This document shows positions 27,377 to 36,822 of a stretch of 64,000 nucleotides of DNA, one piece after another. Positions within the stretch are counted from its first letter, which is position 1. Each line of letters starts with the position of its first letter. This stretch comes from Candidatus Paceibacter sp. (GTDB lineage Bacteria > Patescibacteriota > Minisyncoccia > UBA9983). Where the stretch lies: assembly GCA_013360865.1 (NCBI GenBank), contig JABWAS010000005.1, positions 507 to 64,506 on the forward strand, given 5' to 3'. Below the pieces are notes generated by a model. It was given only the letters and a program-made list of their open reading frames with translations. It did not search any database and was not told the DNA's origin. The position numbers and the translations under genes were made by a program.

Positions 27377-27892
27377 TTGCCCTATTATAAAAACATGCCG
27401 CAGGTAAATTGCAGGATATGCGATGAAGAATTTTATGCCAAGCCAAGCTGGATCAAAAGAGGGCATGGAATATATTGTTCCCGCGTTTGTCAGCATAAAG
27501 GGATGAAGAATGGCAAATTGGTAAATTGTTTTATTTGCAATAAAGAAGTTTATAAGCCGCAAAAAGCCCTAAAACATTCTAAGAGTAAGAAATTTTTTTG
27601 CGGTAAATCTTGCCAAACTGTCTGGAGGAACACAATGGTCTTTGTCGGCTCAAACCATTTCAATTGGAAAGGAGGAGAATTTTCTTATAAAAGCAATTTA
27701 ATAAAAGGCAAACTTCCAAAAATATGCAAAATATGCCACATTAAAGACTTAAGGGTTTTGGCGGTGCATCATGTTGATCATAACAGGAAGAACAATAGAA
27801 TAAAAAACTTGATTACGCTTTGTCATAATTGTCACTTTTTAGTGCATCGTTATAAAGAAGAAGAGAAAAAATTTATGGAGACATTGGTGTAG
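27377..27892 (+). CDS. HNH endonuclease
   Basis: HNH motif HHVDHNRKNNRIKNLITLCHNCH plus several CxxC pairs; 3' end overlaps tRNA-His by 16 nt. The true start may be the internal ATG at 27395. Confidence 0.8.
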   Translation: MPYYKNMPQVNCRICDEEFYAKPSWIKRGHGIYCSRVCQHKGMKNGKLVNCFICNKEVYKPQKALKHSKSKKFFCGKSCQTVWRNTMVFVGSNHFNWKGGEFSYKSNLIKGKLPKICKICHIKDLRVLAVHHVDHNRKNNRIKNLITLCHNCHFLVHRYKEEEKKFMETLV

Positions 27893-27948
27893 CAGTAGCA
27901 CTGCACTCTGTGAAAGTGCCAGCGAGGGTGCGAATCCCTCATGTCTCC
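27877..27948 (+). tRNA. tRNA-His (anticodon GTG) with encoded G-1
   Basis: Hand fold: G-1:C73, acceptor GAGACAT/ATGTCTC, D-stem GTGT/GCAC, anticodon stem GCACT/AGTGC with loop CTGTGAA, T-arm GAGGGTGCGAATCCCTC. Confidence 0.65.
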
Positions 27949-27966
27949 CCGATAAAATAAAAACAT

Positions 27967-28566
27967 ATGCCCGTTTTGCGAAAAATTCTGGATATTCTTT
28001 TGCCCACAACAAGGCTTAATAACAGCCTAAGGGTGCTCGTGGCCACCAACACCGTCATGGTGTTCGCCATCGGCCTGTTCGCGCCTTTCTACGCCGTTTT
28101 CGTCAAAAACATCGGCGGCGGGCTGGCTTTCGCCGGTTTTTCCTGGTCGCTGTTGTACATCGTTTCCGGAATTTTGATTTTGCTTTTTACTAAATGGGAG
28201 CTAAGGGTCAAAGAACAGGAATTGCTGCTGGCGCTGGGGTATGTTTTAAGGGGTTTTGTTTTTTTGAGCTACGCTTTTATGGACAATATGCCGCAGCTTA
28301 TTTTAACCCAGGTTGTTTGGGGAATTGCCGCCGCTATTGGCACGCCGGCCTTTGATTCCGTCTACAGCAGTCACGTCAGCCAGGACAAATCCATAATGCA
28401 GTGGGGCCAGTGGGAAGGGCTGGCCGCCATAGCGACGGGCGCGGCCGCGCTAATCGGAGGAGTTTTGATTGAGAACTTTGGATACGGAATAATTTTTATG
28501 GTTATGGCCGGAATCTCATTTTTGCTCGGTGCTTACATCTGGCGGTTGCCGAGAGAAGTTTTGTAG
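27967..28566 (+). CDS. hypothetical polytopic membrane protein
   Basis: 199 aa, about six hydrophobic helices; no motif assigned. Confidence 0.45.
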   Translation: MPVLRKILDILLPTTRLNNSLRVLVATNTVMVFAIGLFAPFYAVFVKNIGGGLAFAGFSWSLLYIVSGILILLFTKWELRVKEQELLLALGYVLRGFVFLSYAFMDNMPQLILTQVVWGIAAAIGTPAFDSVYSSHVSQDKSIMQWGQWEGLAAIATGAAALIGGVLIENFGYGIIFMVMAGISFLLGAYIWRLPREVL

Positions 28567-28618
28567 ATCGCGTTAAAAGTTGTCTAAAACAATAATTCAG
28601 CTTATACTCCTTACTGTG

Positions 28619-28689
28619 CGGGCTGTCGTATACCGGTAGTACACACGCTTCGGGTGCGTGTTGACTGGGTTCGATTCCCAGCAGCCCGA
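28619..28689 (+). tRNA. tRNA-Pro (anticodon CGG)
   Basis: Acceptor CGGGCTG/CAGCCCG, anticodon stem CACGC/GCGTG with loop TTCGGGT, T-arm CTGGGTTCGATTCCCAG. Confidence 0.6.
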
Positions 28690-28740
28690 ATAAAATGAGG
28701 GATGAGCAAGACAACTGCTTGATAATTTATTGCTTGAGGT

Positions 28741-29598
28741 ATGCAGAATTTTATTCAAAAAATTATCACTAACACGGCTCCCTGGTTTTTGGACCACGGA
28801 GTTAAAATTATTGTTGTTCTTGTCGCGGCCTGGCTCATCCGTAGATTCGGCGGGGTTTTTATAGGAAGGGTTGTGCGAAAAATTGTCGTATCAGACCGTT
28901 TCCTCGCAAAAGAAGCAGAAGAAAAAAGAGAAGAAACTTTAATTCGTATTTTCGCGGGTAGTCTTGGTCTGGTTGTATGGATTCTTGCCGGACTCGTAAT
29001 TTTGCAAGAGGCCGGTTTCGCCATAGGACCGCTTCTTGCGGCCGCCGGCATTGCCGGGCTCGCTTTCGGCTTTGGCGGCCAATATCTTATACGGGATCTC
29101 ATCAGCGGACTTTTCATCATTATGGAAAATCAATATCGCGTTAATGATGTGGTTTGTTCTGACGGAACTTGCGGCTTAGTGGAAGACATCTCTCTGCGAA
29201 TGACAACTTTGCGGGATTTAGACGGGGTGGTGCATCATATACCGCACGGAGAAATCAAAAAGGTTTCCAATCTTACCAAGCATTTCGCGAGAGTAAATCT
29301 CAACATCGGTATTGCCTACAGCTCCGATATTGAACATGTTATTTCGGTGGTGAATAAAGTTGGCAACGAACTTGCCGCGGATGCCAACTGGAAAGAATTC
29401 ATTATCAAGCCGCCGCAATTTTTGCGCGTTGATGATTTTGGCGATTCGGCTATCATCATTAAAATTCTTGGCGAAACAAAACCAATTAAACAATGGGATG
29501 TTGCCGGCGAACTGCGCAAGAGGTTGAAAGTTGCTTTTGATAAAGAGAATATTGAAATTCCGTTTCCGCAAAGAGTTATTCATAAAGCTAAGCCATAA
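28741..29598 (+). CDS. mechanosensitive ion channel, MscS family
   Basis: Three N-terminal TM helices then the MscS beta-domain (LISGLFIIMENQYRVNDVV...GTCGLVEDISLRMTTLRD). Confidence 0.8.
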   Translation: MQNFIQKIITNTAPWFLDHGVKIIVVLVAAWLIRRFGGVFIGRVVRKIVVSDRFLAKEAEEKREETLIRIFAGSLGLVVWILAGLVILQEAGFAIGPLLAAAGIAGLAFGFGGQYLIRDLISGLFIIMENQYRVNDVVCSDGTCGLVEDISLRMTTLRDLDGVVHHIPHGEIKKVSNLTKHFARVNLNIGIAYSSDIEHVISVVNKVGNELAADANWKEFIIKPPQFLRVDDFGDSAIIIKILGETKPIKQWDVAGELRKRLKVAFDKENIEIPFPQRVIHKAKP

Positions 29599-29653
29599 GT
29601 GGCGCGCCGGCTTTATTGGCGCAAAATTCGGCGTACAATTTATTTTTTTATTT

Positions 29654-29688
29654 GACTTATTCCGCACGGAGTGTAGTATATTAACCAT
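29654..29688 (+). promoter_or_regulatory. sigma70-like promoter upstream of secE (TTGACT-16-TAGTAT)
   Basis: Good -35/-10 match with 16-nt spacer. Followed by hairpin GCCCGCAGTCGGGGC plus T-run (29690-29713) just before the secE start. Confidence 0.4.
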
Positions 29689-29718
29689 AAGCCCGCAGTC
29701 GGGGCTTTTTTAAGAAGA

Positions 29719-29904
29719 ATGATAAATAAAGCCATAAATTACGTCAAAGAAACGAAAGCCGAACTGAAAGGCGTCATTTGGCCGTCGCGAAGGCAAACCA
29801 TTACCTACACTTTGCTCGTTGTCGGCGCTTCTTTGGCAGTGGCGGTTTTGCTTGGTTTTTTTGACATGATTTCTGCTTATTTATTGGAAAAATTCGTTTT
29901 GTAA
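29719..29904 (+). CDS. secE: preprotein translocase subunit SecE
   Basis: 61 aa, single C-terminal TM helix; conserved position upstream of nusG. Confidence 0.8.
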   Translation: MINKAINYVKETKAELKGVIWPSRRQTITYTLLVVGASLAVAVLLGFFDMISAYLLEKFVL

Positions 29905-29909
29905 TTTTT

Positions 29910-30446
29910 ATGTTAAAGCAAAAAGTTCAAGCGGGCAGAAACTGGTACGCCATCCATACCTACGCTGGTTACGAGGACGCCGTGGTCAGAAACTTGAAGC
30001 AAAGAATAGAATCCCTGGGCATGGAAAATCTTATTTTTGACGCCATCGTTCCCACCGAGAAGAAAATAAAAATAGTGGGGGGCAAGAGAAAGACGGTGGA
30101 GGAGAAGATATATCCCGGGGTGGACATGATTGTCACCGACAACTCCTGGTATGTGGTCCGCAACACGCCCAGAGTCACCGGATTCGTCGGGGCGGGCACC
30201 ACGCCGGTGCCGTTGGTAAAGACGGAGGTGGATACGCTGTTTGAGAGAATGGGCATGGCCGAGCCGAAGTACAAGATGGATGTCAAAGAAGGCGACGTGG
30301 TAAGAATAACGGACGGGCCGTTCAAAGAGTTTGAAGGAACGGTCAACGAGGTTGACGAAGAGAGAGGGAAGATTAAAATCCTTATATCCATGTTCGGCAG
30401 GGAAACGCCGGTAGAAATAGATTACTTGCAGGTTAAAAAAATTTAA
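29910..30446 (+). CDS. nusG: transcription termination/antitermination factor NusG
   Basis: NGN domain (WYAIHTYAGYEDAV) plus KOW domain (GDVVRITDGPFKEFEGTV). Confidence 0.9.
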   Translation: MLKQKVQAGRNWYAIHTYAGYEDAVVRNLKQRIESLGMENLIFDAIVPTEKKIKIVGGKRKTVEEKIYPGVDMIVTDNSWYVVRNTPRVTGFVGAGTTPVPLVKTEVDTLFERMGMAEPKYKMDVKEGDVVRITDGPFKEFEGTVNEVDEERGKIKILISMFGRETPVEIDYLQVKKI

Positions 30447-30516
30447 GGTATGGCATCCCGACAGGTCGGGATTGCTCATATTTTAAAAATTTTTTAAAAT
30501 CAAAAAATTAAAAAAT

Positions 30517-30939
30517 ATGGCAAAAAACATAAAAACAATAGTAAAATTGCAGATTCCGGCTGGCAAAGCCAATCCGGCTCCTCCGGTCGGTCCGGCGCTC
30601 GGTCAACACGGCGTCAATATCGGCGACTTCGTCAGTAAGTTCAACGAAGCGACGAGAGAAAAAATGGGGGACATTATTCCGGTGGAGATAAGCATCTACG
30701 ACGACCGAACCTTCACTTTCAAAATGAAGACTCCGCCCGCCTCGGACTTGCTCCGCAAGGCCGCCGGCGTGGAAAAAGGCTCCGGCAAAAACGTCGCCAG
30801 CAAAGTCGGCAAAATAACCAAAGTCAAACTTAAAGAAGTGGCCGAAAGAAAGATGGAAGACCTAAACGCCAACGACGTGGACGCCGCGATGAACATAATC
30901 GCCGGCACCGCCCGCAGCATGGGTATAACGATAGAGTAA
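30517..30939 (+). CDS. rplK: 50S ribosomal protein L11
   Basis: [27 protein letters not shown] typical L11; 140 aa. Confidence 0.95.
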   Translation: MAKNIKTIVKLQIPAGKANPAPPVGPALGQHGVNIGDFVSKFNEATREKMGDIIPVEISIYDDRTFTFKMKTPPASDLLRKAAGVEKGSGKNVASKVGKITKVKLKEVAERKMEDLNANDVDAAMNIIAGTARSMGITIE

Positions 30940-30964
30940 TTTTTGGAAGACGAGTAACTCACAA

Positions 30965-31010
30965 AAACAATCCCGTCCGCCAGCTGGCGGACGGGATTGT
31001 TTTTGTTTTT
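30965..31010 (+). terminator. rho-independent terminator directly after rplK
   Basis: AAAAACAATCCCGTCCGCCAGCTGGCGGACGGGATTGTTTTTGTTTTT: 16-bp stem, T-run. No rplA follows. Confidence 0.8.
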
Positions 31011-31449
31011 AGATTGTTATATTATTTAATTAAACCGTATCTTAACTTAGATATTTTTATAAATAAGAAAGGGGGATTTATGCCAAGTTGCCACAGGGCA
31101 TTGGTTATCGCAAGCGCCATTGTTATAACATGCGACAGTAAAGAAAGGTATGACGGAAAAGGGAACAGGATTAATCCGGAAACAGGCCTTCCGACCAGGC
31201 CGAAACCGAATATTTTTAAAAAAGTTTTTTCCGCCTTTAAAAAGGCGGGGTCAAAAAGAAATACGCCCCATAATAACCCGTATTGTCCACTACCATCCTG
31301 ATTTTTTTTCCTTTCCTTTCCTTTCTTAAAATTTTACAGCCACCATGGAGGGGTGGCTTTTATTTATTATCGCGCTAGTTCTATTTTTATCCCGACAACT
31401 CCGTATTTTTTTTGTTCCTCTTTCGGGTAAAAAGTTTCAATTTCTTTGA

Positions 31450-31704
31450 TTAGTTCGTCTTTTGAATTTCCGCCGAAGTACTCGGAAGGAAAGTCAGAAA
31501 ACCTTCAAATGTTGCGTATCTGTAAAACGCTTTTACTATTGTAATAACTTTTTCGTCCGGTTTGTCGTTGCGAGAAAACTCAATATGGTCTCCGATATTT
31601 ATCAGCTGACGTTTTTCGTCATATAGCCTTGATTCAATAATTTTTTTACCGCTGGCTATTTTTTCAAAAGGATTGGCTGATAATTTCATTTTATGAATAG
31701 TCAT
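31450..31704 (-). CDS. ASCH (PUA-like) domain protein
   Basis: 84 aa; KKIIESRLYDEKRQLINIGDHIEF pattern typical of ASCH domain. Confidence 0.5.
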   Translation of the reverse strand: MTIHKMKLSANPFEKIASGKKIIESRLYDEKRQLINIGDHIEFSRNDKPDEKVITIVKAFYRYATFEGFLTFLPSTSAEIQKTN

Positions 31705-31772
31705 AAAATTTAATATGTTTGAAAGTTAAAAAGTGTATTTTTCCAAGCATCCAAGGACCGTCCTTGGATAGA

Positions 31773-32786
31773 TTACGCGGCTGCTTCTTTTACCGCGGTT
31801 TTTATTTTACCCTCCAGATCATGAATGGTTTTCGGGTTTTCGCCTAAAAATTGACGGGCGTTGTCGTAGCCGCGGCCGAGGCTCTGGCCGTCGTAGGAGT
31901 ACGACGCGCCGGATTTTTTGATGATCCCGTATTTTTCCGCCAGATTTAAAACGTCGCCGGTGTAGGAGATGCCCTCGTTGTACAAAATGTCAAACTCGGC
32001 CGTTTTAAACGGCGCCGCCACTTTATTTTTGACCACTTTGGCTTTGACGCGGTTGCCGATGACGTCTTCGCCTTTCTTTATCTGGGCGGCTCGTCTTACT
32101 TCAACTCTGACGGAGGCGTAGAATTTGAGCGCTTTGCCGCCCGGGGTCGTTTCCGGATTGCCGAACATTATACCTATCTGCATTCTGATTTGGTTGATGA
32201 AGATAACCACGGTTTTTGATCTGGCGGTAATGGCCGTCAATTTCCTTAAGGCCTGCGACATCAGTCTGGCCTGCAAACCGACATGGGCTTGGCCCATCTC
32301 GCCCTCAATTTCCGCCTTGGGAGTCAGCGCGGCTACGGAATCAACCACAATAACATCTATGCCGCCGGAGCGGACTAGGCTTTCCGTTATTTCCAGAGCC
32401 TGCTCGCCGGTGTCGGGCTGGGAGATAAGGAGATCGTCTATTTTGACCCCCAATTTTTTAGCGTATTCGGGGTCCAGAGCGTGCTCGGCGTCTATGAAGG
32501 CGCACACCCCGCCCTTTTTTTGGGCTTGGGCCACTACGTTGAGAGCCAGAGTGGTTTTTCCGGAAGATTCCGGGCCGTAGATTTCTATTATTCTGCCGCG
32601 GGGCATTCCGCCCACGCCTAACGCGATATCCAGACTTAAAGAACCGGTGGGGATGACATCCACGTTTACTCTCGGCGCTTCGCCCAGCTTCATTATGGAG
32701 CCGTCGCCGTATTTTGTTTTTATCTCATGAAGGGCGTTTTCCACCCCGATATTTTTTTCTTTCGCCGGTTGATCTTTTTTTACCAT
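31773..32786 (-). CDS. recA: recombinase RecA
   Basis: Walker [14 protein letters not shown]1/L2 loops, 337 aa. Confidence 0.95.
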   Translation of the reverse strand: MVKKDQPAKEKNIGVENALHEIKTKYGDGSIMKLGEAPRVNVDVIPTGSLSLDIALGVGGMPRGRIIEIYGPESSGKTTLALNVVAQAQKKGGVCAFIDAEHALDPEYAKKLGVKIDDLLISQPDTGEQALEITESLVRSGGIDVIVVDSVAALTPKAEIEGEMGQAHVGLQARLMSQALRKLTAITARSKTVVIFINQIRMQIGIMFGNPETTPGGKALKFYASVRVEVRRAAQIKKGEDVIGNRVKAKVVKNKVAAPFKTAEFDILYNEGISYTGDVLNLAEKYGIIKKSGASYSYDGQSLGRGYDNARQFLGENPKTIHDLEGKIKTAVKEAAA

Positions 32787-32796
32787 AATTTTTTAC

Positions 32797-33150
32797 TTAT
32801 TCTTTATAAACCACTTCCAGTTTTTCTTTGGTTTCTCTGCCGAACTTATCGTTGCCTTTTATCTCCATTATATTATAGCCGGGCGCCAGCAGCAACGAAT
32901 CGCTGAAGTTGCCTTCCTTGTCCGCGAATATCTGCCGGCCGTTTACGAAAAGGGAAGCGACGTTGACGGCTTTGCCGGAAATTTTAAGCAACTGCTCGCC
33001 TATAACCTCCCCGTTTAGCGGCGACACAATCGCTATTTCTGGCCCCTCCAGATAAGCCTTGGCTTTGTATAACCCATAACTGCCGAAAATGGCAAGAAGA
33101 AGCACGACCGCGCTTAAGCTTGTTAATATTTTTGGTTTTACCGCCGTCAT
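32797..33150 (-). CDS. hypothetical membrane-anchored/secreted protein
   Basis: 117 aa with N-terminal TM segment; upstream partner of recA in the same orientation. Confidence 0.4.
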   Translation of the reverse strand: MTAVKPKILTSLSAVVLLLAIFGSYGLYKAKAYLEGPEIAIVSPLNGEVIGEQLLKISGKAVNVASLFVNGRQIFADKEGNFSDSLLLAPGYNIMEIKGNDKFGRETKEKLEVVYKE

Positions 33151-35460
33151 TTAATTTATTGTTTCTTTGGCGTTGCCCGTCTGGGTGTTGTCCGCCTCCG
33201 TTAATTCCGGCCCATCTTCGCCGGGGAAATAATCCTCTTCGTTTTCTTGTTCCTTGTTTGATGTTTCATCCGTGTCCGCGCCCACCCCCTCAAATTCGTT
33301 TTCGTTTCTTATTAAAACCTGGCGGGCCTTGGCGCCTTCGCCCGGACCGACGACGCCTCTTTCTTCCAGCATATCAATCAGCCGGGCGGCTCGGGCGTAG
33401 CCGATCTTCAGTTTTCTTTGAAGATACGAAGTAGAGGCTTTCCCGGACTCTATCACCGTCTGGCGGGCATCCTCGTAAAGCTCGTCCAGGTCTTCCGCGC
33501 CTTCGTCCAGGTTCATCGCAAAGGCGGGCTGGATTTTTGTCCCTTCGCCGCCTTGCTCGGTGGCGGGGATGGCGCTTTCAAAATCAACATTCTTGTACTG
33601 GTCGGCCAGATAATCAACCACTTTTTTAACCTCGTTTTCGGAGATAAACGGCCCTTGGATTCTTTTGGGTTTTGCCGTGTCACCGGCCAGAAAGAGCATA
33701 TCGCCCTTGCCCAGGAGCTTTTCCGCTCCGGCCATGTCCAAAATGGTGCGGGAGTCTATCTGCGAAGCCACTTGGAGCGCCACGCGGCAGGTGATGTTGG
33801 CTTTAATTAGCCCGGTAATGACTTCCACCGACGGCCTCTGTGTGGACAAGACTAAATGGATGCCCACCGCCCGCGACATTTGCGCCAGCCGGACGATGGA
33901 CGCCTCCATTTCCCGCGGATAGGTGCTCATCAGGTCGGCCAATTCGTCTATCACCACCACCAGATAGGGCATCAGGCCGTCGCCGCCCTTTTTCTCGTGG
34001 TAAGAGCCGATGTCGCGCACTCCGGCGGAAAGCAGGACTTCGTATCTTCTTTCCATTTCCTTGCACAGCCACTTGAGCGTCATGATGGCTTTTTTGGTTT
34101 CCGTTATCACCGGAGCCAGCATGTGGGGAATCTGGTTGTAAACGGTCAGCTCCACGCGCTTCGGGTCAACCATGATAAATCGCAAAATTTCGGGAGAATT
34201 CCGGTAGAGCAAGCTGGTGATAAGGGTGTGAATGAAAATTGACTTGCCGCTGCCGGTGGCTCCCGCCACGAGCAGATGAGGCATCTTGGCGATGCTGGAA
34301 TAAACCGCCTTGCCCGCGACGTCTTTGCCCATGGCGATAAGCAGTGATTGTTTGGAGGCTTGATATTCCTCCTCGGAGAAAAGGGAAGCCAATCCGATGG
34401 TGGTTTTGGTGCTGTTGGGTATCTCTATGCCCACCAGCGAACGCCCCGGAATGGGCGCTTCTATTCTTAAGGGGTGGGCGGCCAGAGACAGAGCCAGGTC
34501 GTTTTGCAAAGCCAGGATGCGGGCGAGCTTTACTCCTTCGGCCGGTTTAAGAGTGTACTGGGTGACGGAGGGGCCGATGTTTATCTCCGCCATCTCCACG
34601 TCTATGCCGAAGTTTTGGAGAGTTCTTTTGATGATGTTGGCGTTGGCCTTGATGTCGCCGCTGGACGGCTTGCCACGATCTCCTTCAAGCAAAGAAAGCG
34701 GGGGAGGGACGAACGCCGTTTTCTGATGTTGCTCGTAAGAGCCGATGTCGTAATTTTCTTCCTCTTCTTTCGCTTTCTCGGCCGCCGGTTTTTTGGCTCG
34801 GTTTTTTTCTTTCGCCGCGCTTCTTGTCTCTTCCTCGTCGGCTTGGGCCGCTTTCGGCTCGTTTACTACTATCTCTTCGGCCGAATTTTCTTCCCCGTCG
34901 TCCGCGTCTTCATCGGTTTCTTTTTTCTTAAAAAAGTTCAGAGCGGACAGCGGGATATTGGCCATCAGCAGAATGGAAACCACCGACACGGCGCCGAGCA
35001 TCAAAAGAGTGGCGGAGAGGTCAAAAAATTTCATGAAAGGGTAGGAGGCAAAATATCCGACATAGCCGCCGGCTTTCATTCCCCATACCGCCGAGAGGGA
35101 ACCGAGGGCGCTGAAGAGAAAAAGCGTCGCCCCGATGGCGGCGTGTTTTACCAGATTGGGCCGGATGGAGCGGAAGAATAAAAAGGAGGAGAAAAAGAGA
35201 ATGGTCGGCACAAGGACGGAGCCCTTGCCGAACAGGACGTCTAAAATTTTGTTGGCGTAGCGGCCGGCCGTTCCGGCTTTGTCAAAGTAAGAAAGGATGA
35301 ACACCAATGCCAGAACGAACGCCCCCACCGCTAGTATTGAATACTTCGTTTCCCGTTTCAGCTCGCCGAGAAGGTTGCCCATGCGGTTTTCTTTTTCTTC
35401 GCGGGAGTTTGTCGCCCGCTTTTTACCTTCTTTCCCGTTGGAGATTTTTTTCCTGGCCAT
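33151..35460 (-). CDS. ftsK: DNA translocase FtsK/SpoIIIE
   Basis: N-terminal TM helices, acidic linker, motor domain with Walker A GATGSGKS and FtsK-gamma-like winged-helix C-terminus. Confidence 0.9.
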   Translation of the reverse strand: MARKKISNGKEGKKRATNSREEKENRMGNLLGELKRETKYSILAVGAFVLALVFILSYFDKAGTAGRYANKILDVLFGKGSVLVPTILFFSSFLFFRSIRPNLVKHAAIGATLFLFSALGSLSAVWGMKAGGYVGYFASYPFMKFFDLSATLLMLGAVSVVSILLMANIPLSALNFFKKKETDEDADDGEENSAEEIVVNEPKAAQADEEETRSAAKEKNRAKKPAAEKAKEEEENYDIGSYEQHQKTAFVPPPLSLLEGDRGKPSSGDIKANANIIKRTLQNFGIDVEMAEINIGPSVTQYTLKPAEGVKLARILALQNDLALSLAAHPLRIEAPIPGRSLVGIEIPNSTKTTIGLASLFSEEEYQASKQSLLIAMGKDVAGKAVYSSIAKMPHLLVAGATGSGKSIFIHTLITSLLYRNSPEILRFIMVDPKRVELTVYNQIPHMLAPVITETKKAIMTLKWLCKEMERRYEVLLSAGVRDIGSYHEKKGGDGLMPYLVVVIDELADLMSTYPREMEASIVRLAQMSRAVGIHLVLSTQRPSVEVITGLIKANITCRVALQVASQIDSRTILDMAGAEKLLGKGDMLFLAGDTAKPKRIQGPFISENEVKKVVDYLADQYKNVDFESAIPATEQGGEGTKIQPAFAMNLDEGAEDLDELYEDARQTVIESGKASTSYLQRKLKIGYARAARLIDMLEERGVVGPGEGAKARQVLIRNENEFEGVGADTDETSNKEQENEEDYFPGEDGPELTEADNTQTGNAKETIN

Positions 35461-35561
35461 CTTGTTGATTATTATACTCCAAAAGAAACGTAAAAACCAA
35501 AAACCGCTTATTTTGATTTGATTTTTAAGCAGACGTCCTTTAAAATGTCCAATAAGATTTA

Positions 35562-36311
35562 GTGGGTCAAAACCCTATCGGTCAGTTGAAAATCATCATG
35601 GACAACATAAGAGATATTTACGGACACATTACGGACAGAATCCAAAAGCTAACCTCTGCTTTATACAGAGTTACTGACCTTATGTCCGATAAAGAACCTC
35701 TCAAATGGACACTAAGGGAAACATCTCTTGCCGTTCACGATCTGATTGTGTCCATTAAGCTTGCCAAAGACAAAGACAGAGTTTTGACTGAAACTCTTAA
35801 TTTGTCTTATCGGATTATTAAAACACTGGAATTGGTTTCTTCCGGCGCCGGAATAGCCAGCCTTAATTTTGAGATATTGAAGAGGGAATACATCTACGTA
35901 AAAAATTTTCTGGAGGGCAAAAAAACGGAATTCGCCTACGACCCGAAGATGCTTCCAGAATTTGTTTTAAATCAAAAAAAGACAAGAGAATTTTCTGGCA
36001 GAACCCCGGAAACTCCCATAGCTTTTCCGGAGCAGATAATCGCCGGTTTAAAGCTGCCTGAAGGCGCGCCCGGCGCCGCAACGGCAAAGGCGGAAGAACA
36101 GGATGTGGAACCCCAAAGCCGCAAAGGTAAAATCCTTAATTTTCTAAAAGACGGGGAGGCCCGCTCGGTGGGCGAGGTGGCCGCTATCTTCAACGGGGGA
36201 GCCAGCGACAAGGCCGTCCAGAGGGACTTATTTGACCTGGTGAGAATGGGAAAAGTTGAGGCCAAAGGCGACAAAAGATGGCGGAAATACGAAATATTAA
36301 AAAACGGCTGA
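35562..36311 (+). CDS. hypothetical protein with C-terminal winged-helix-like domain
   Basis: 249 aa; C-terminal ILNFLKDGEARSVGEVAAIF...DLVRMGKV resembles a winged-helix DNA-binding module. Confidence 0.4.
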   Translation: MGQNPIGQLKIIMDNIRDIYGHITDRIQKLTSALYRVTDLMSDKEPLKWTLRETSLAVHDLIVSIKLAKDKDRVLTETLNLSYRIIKTLELVSSGAGIASLNFEILKREYIYVKNFLEGKKTEFAYDPKMLPEFVLNQKKTREFSGRTPETPIAFPEQIIAGLKLPEGAPGAATAKAEEQDVEPQSRKGKILNFLKDGEARSVGEVAAIFNGGASDKAVQRDLFDLVRMGKVEAKGDKRWRKYEILKNG

Positions 36312-36466
36312 AACAAAAGGAGTTTTATCTTGTTGACAGTACTGATATTCTATTGTCTTAGTTTTTAAAAAGATTGACCCCCGCCTTATTTTTTGCCATA
36401 ATCCCTATCAGATTAAACCGCCGCTTTCGAGCTCTTAACAATGCGGCTCCGGCTAAAACGCTGGAG

Positions 36467-36487
36467 TTATCCACATTGTTATCCACA
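36467..36487 (+). promoter_or_regulatory. two tandem perfect DnaA boxes (TTATCCACA x2, 12-bp phasing)
   Basis: GTTATCCACATTGTTATCCACATTT seen directly; a one-mismatch reverse box (TGTGAAAAA) lies in the AT-rich stretch downstream. Confidence 0.6.
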
Positions 36488-36822
36488 TTTTTGTTTGCAG
36501 AGTTGTCGGCGCGGTTTATAATGATTTGATAGAACGCAGTCGTGGCTATTTTCATCGTCGGAAGTTCCGTCCTGTTAGAACTTTAAAAAAAGAATAATTA
36601 AGAAAGCGCAAGACGCACGAAAGTCATTCAGAAAAAATTGTTGTGAAAAATTAATTTCGCAATTCGATAGTTTGGAAAAAAGAGATTATAAGTTTAATTG
36701 CGCGAAGTTTTTGGTTTTGTCGAAATCAAATGGATTCGCGCAAAAGAATAATTCATTCTTCGCCGTCGCCGCCAAACGGAACGGGGGAGGGTGAGATTAT
36801 TATTAAAAGGTTTAAAAACATT

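Noticed and set aside
31305-31362. (CCTTTC)x3 microsatellite and adjacent hairpin after the small ORF 31014-31301
   Set aside because: Short; the hairpin AGCCACC-ATGGAGG-GGTGGCT plus T-run is adequately explained as an intrinsic terminator.
33418-35181. Plus-strand ORFs (up to 235 aa) antisense to ftsK
   Set aside because: Entirely embedded in the conserved ftsK coding sequence; Arg/Gly-rich translations are typical of out-of-frame GC-rich DNA.
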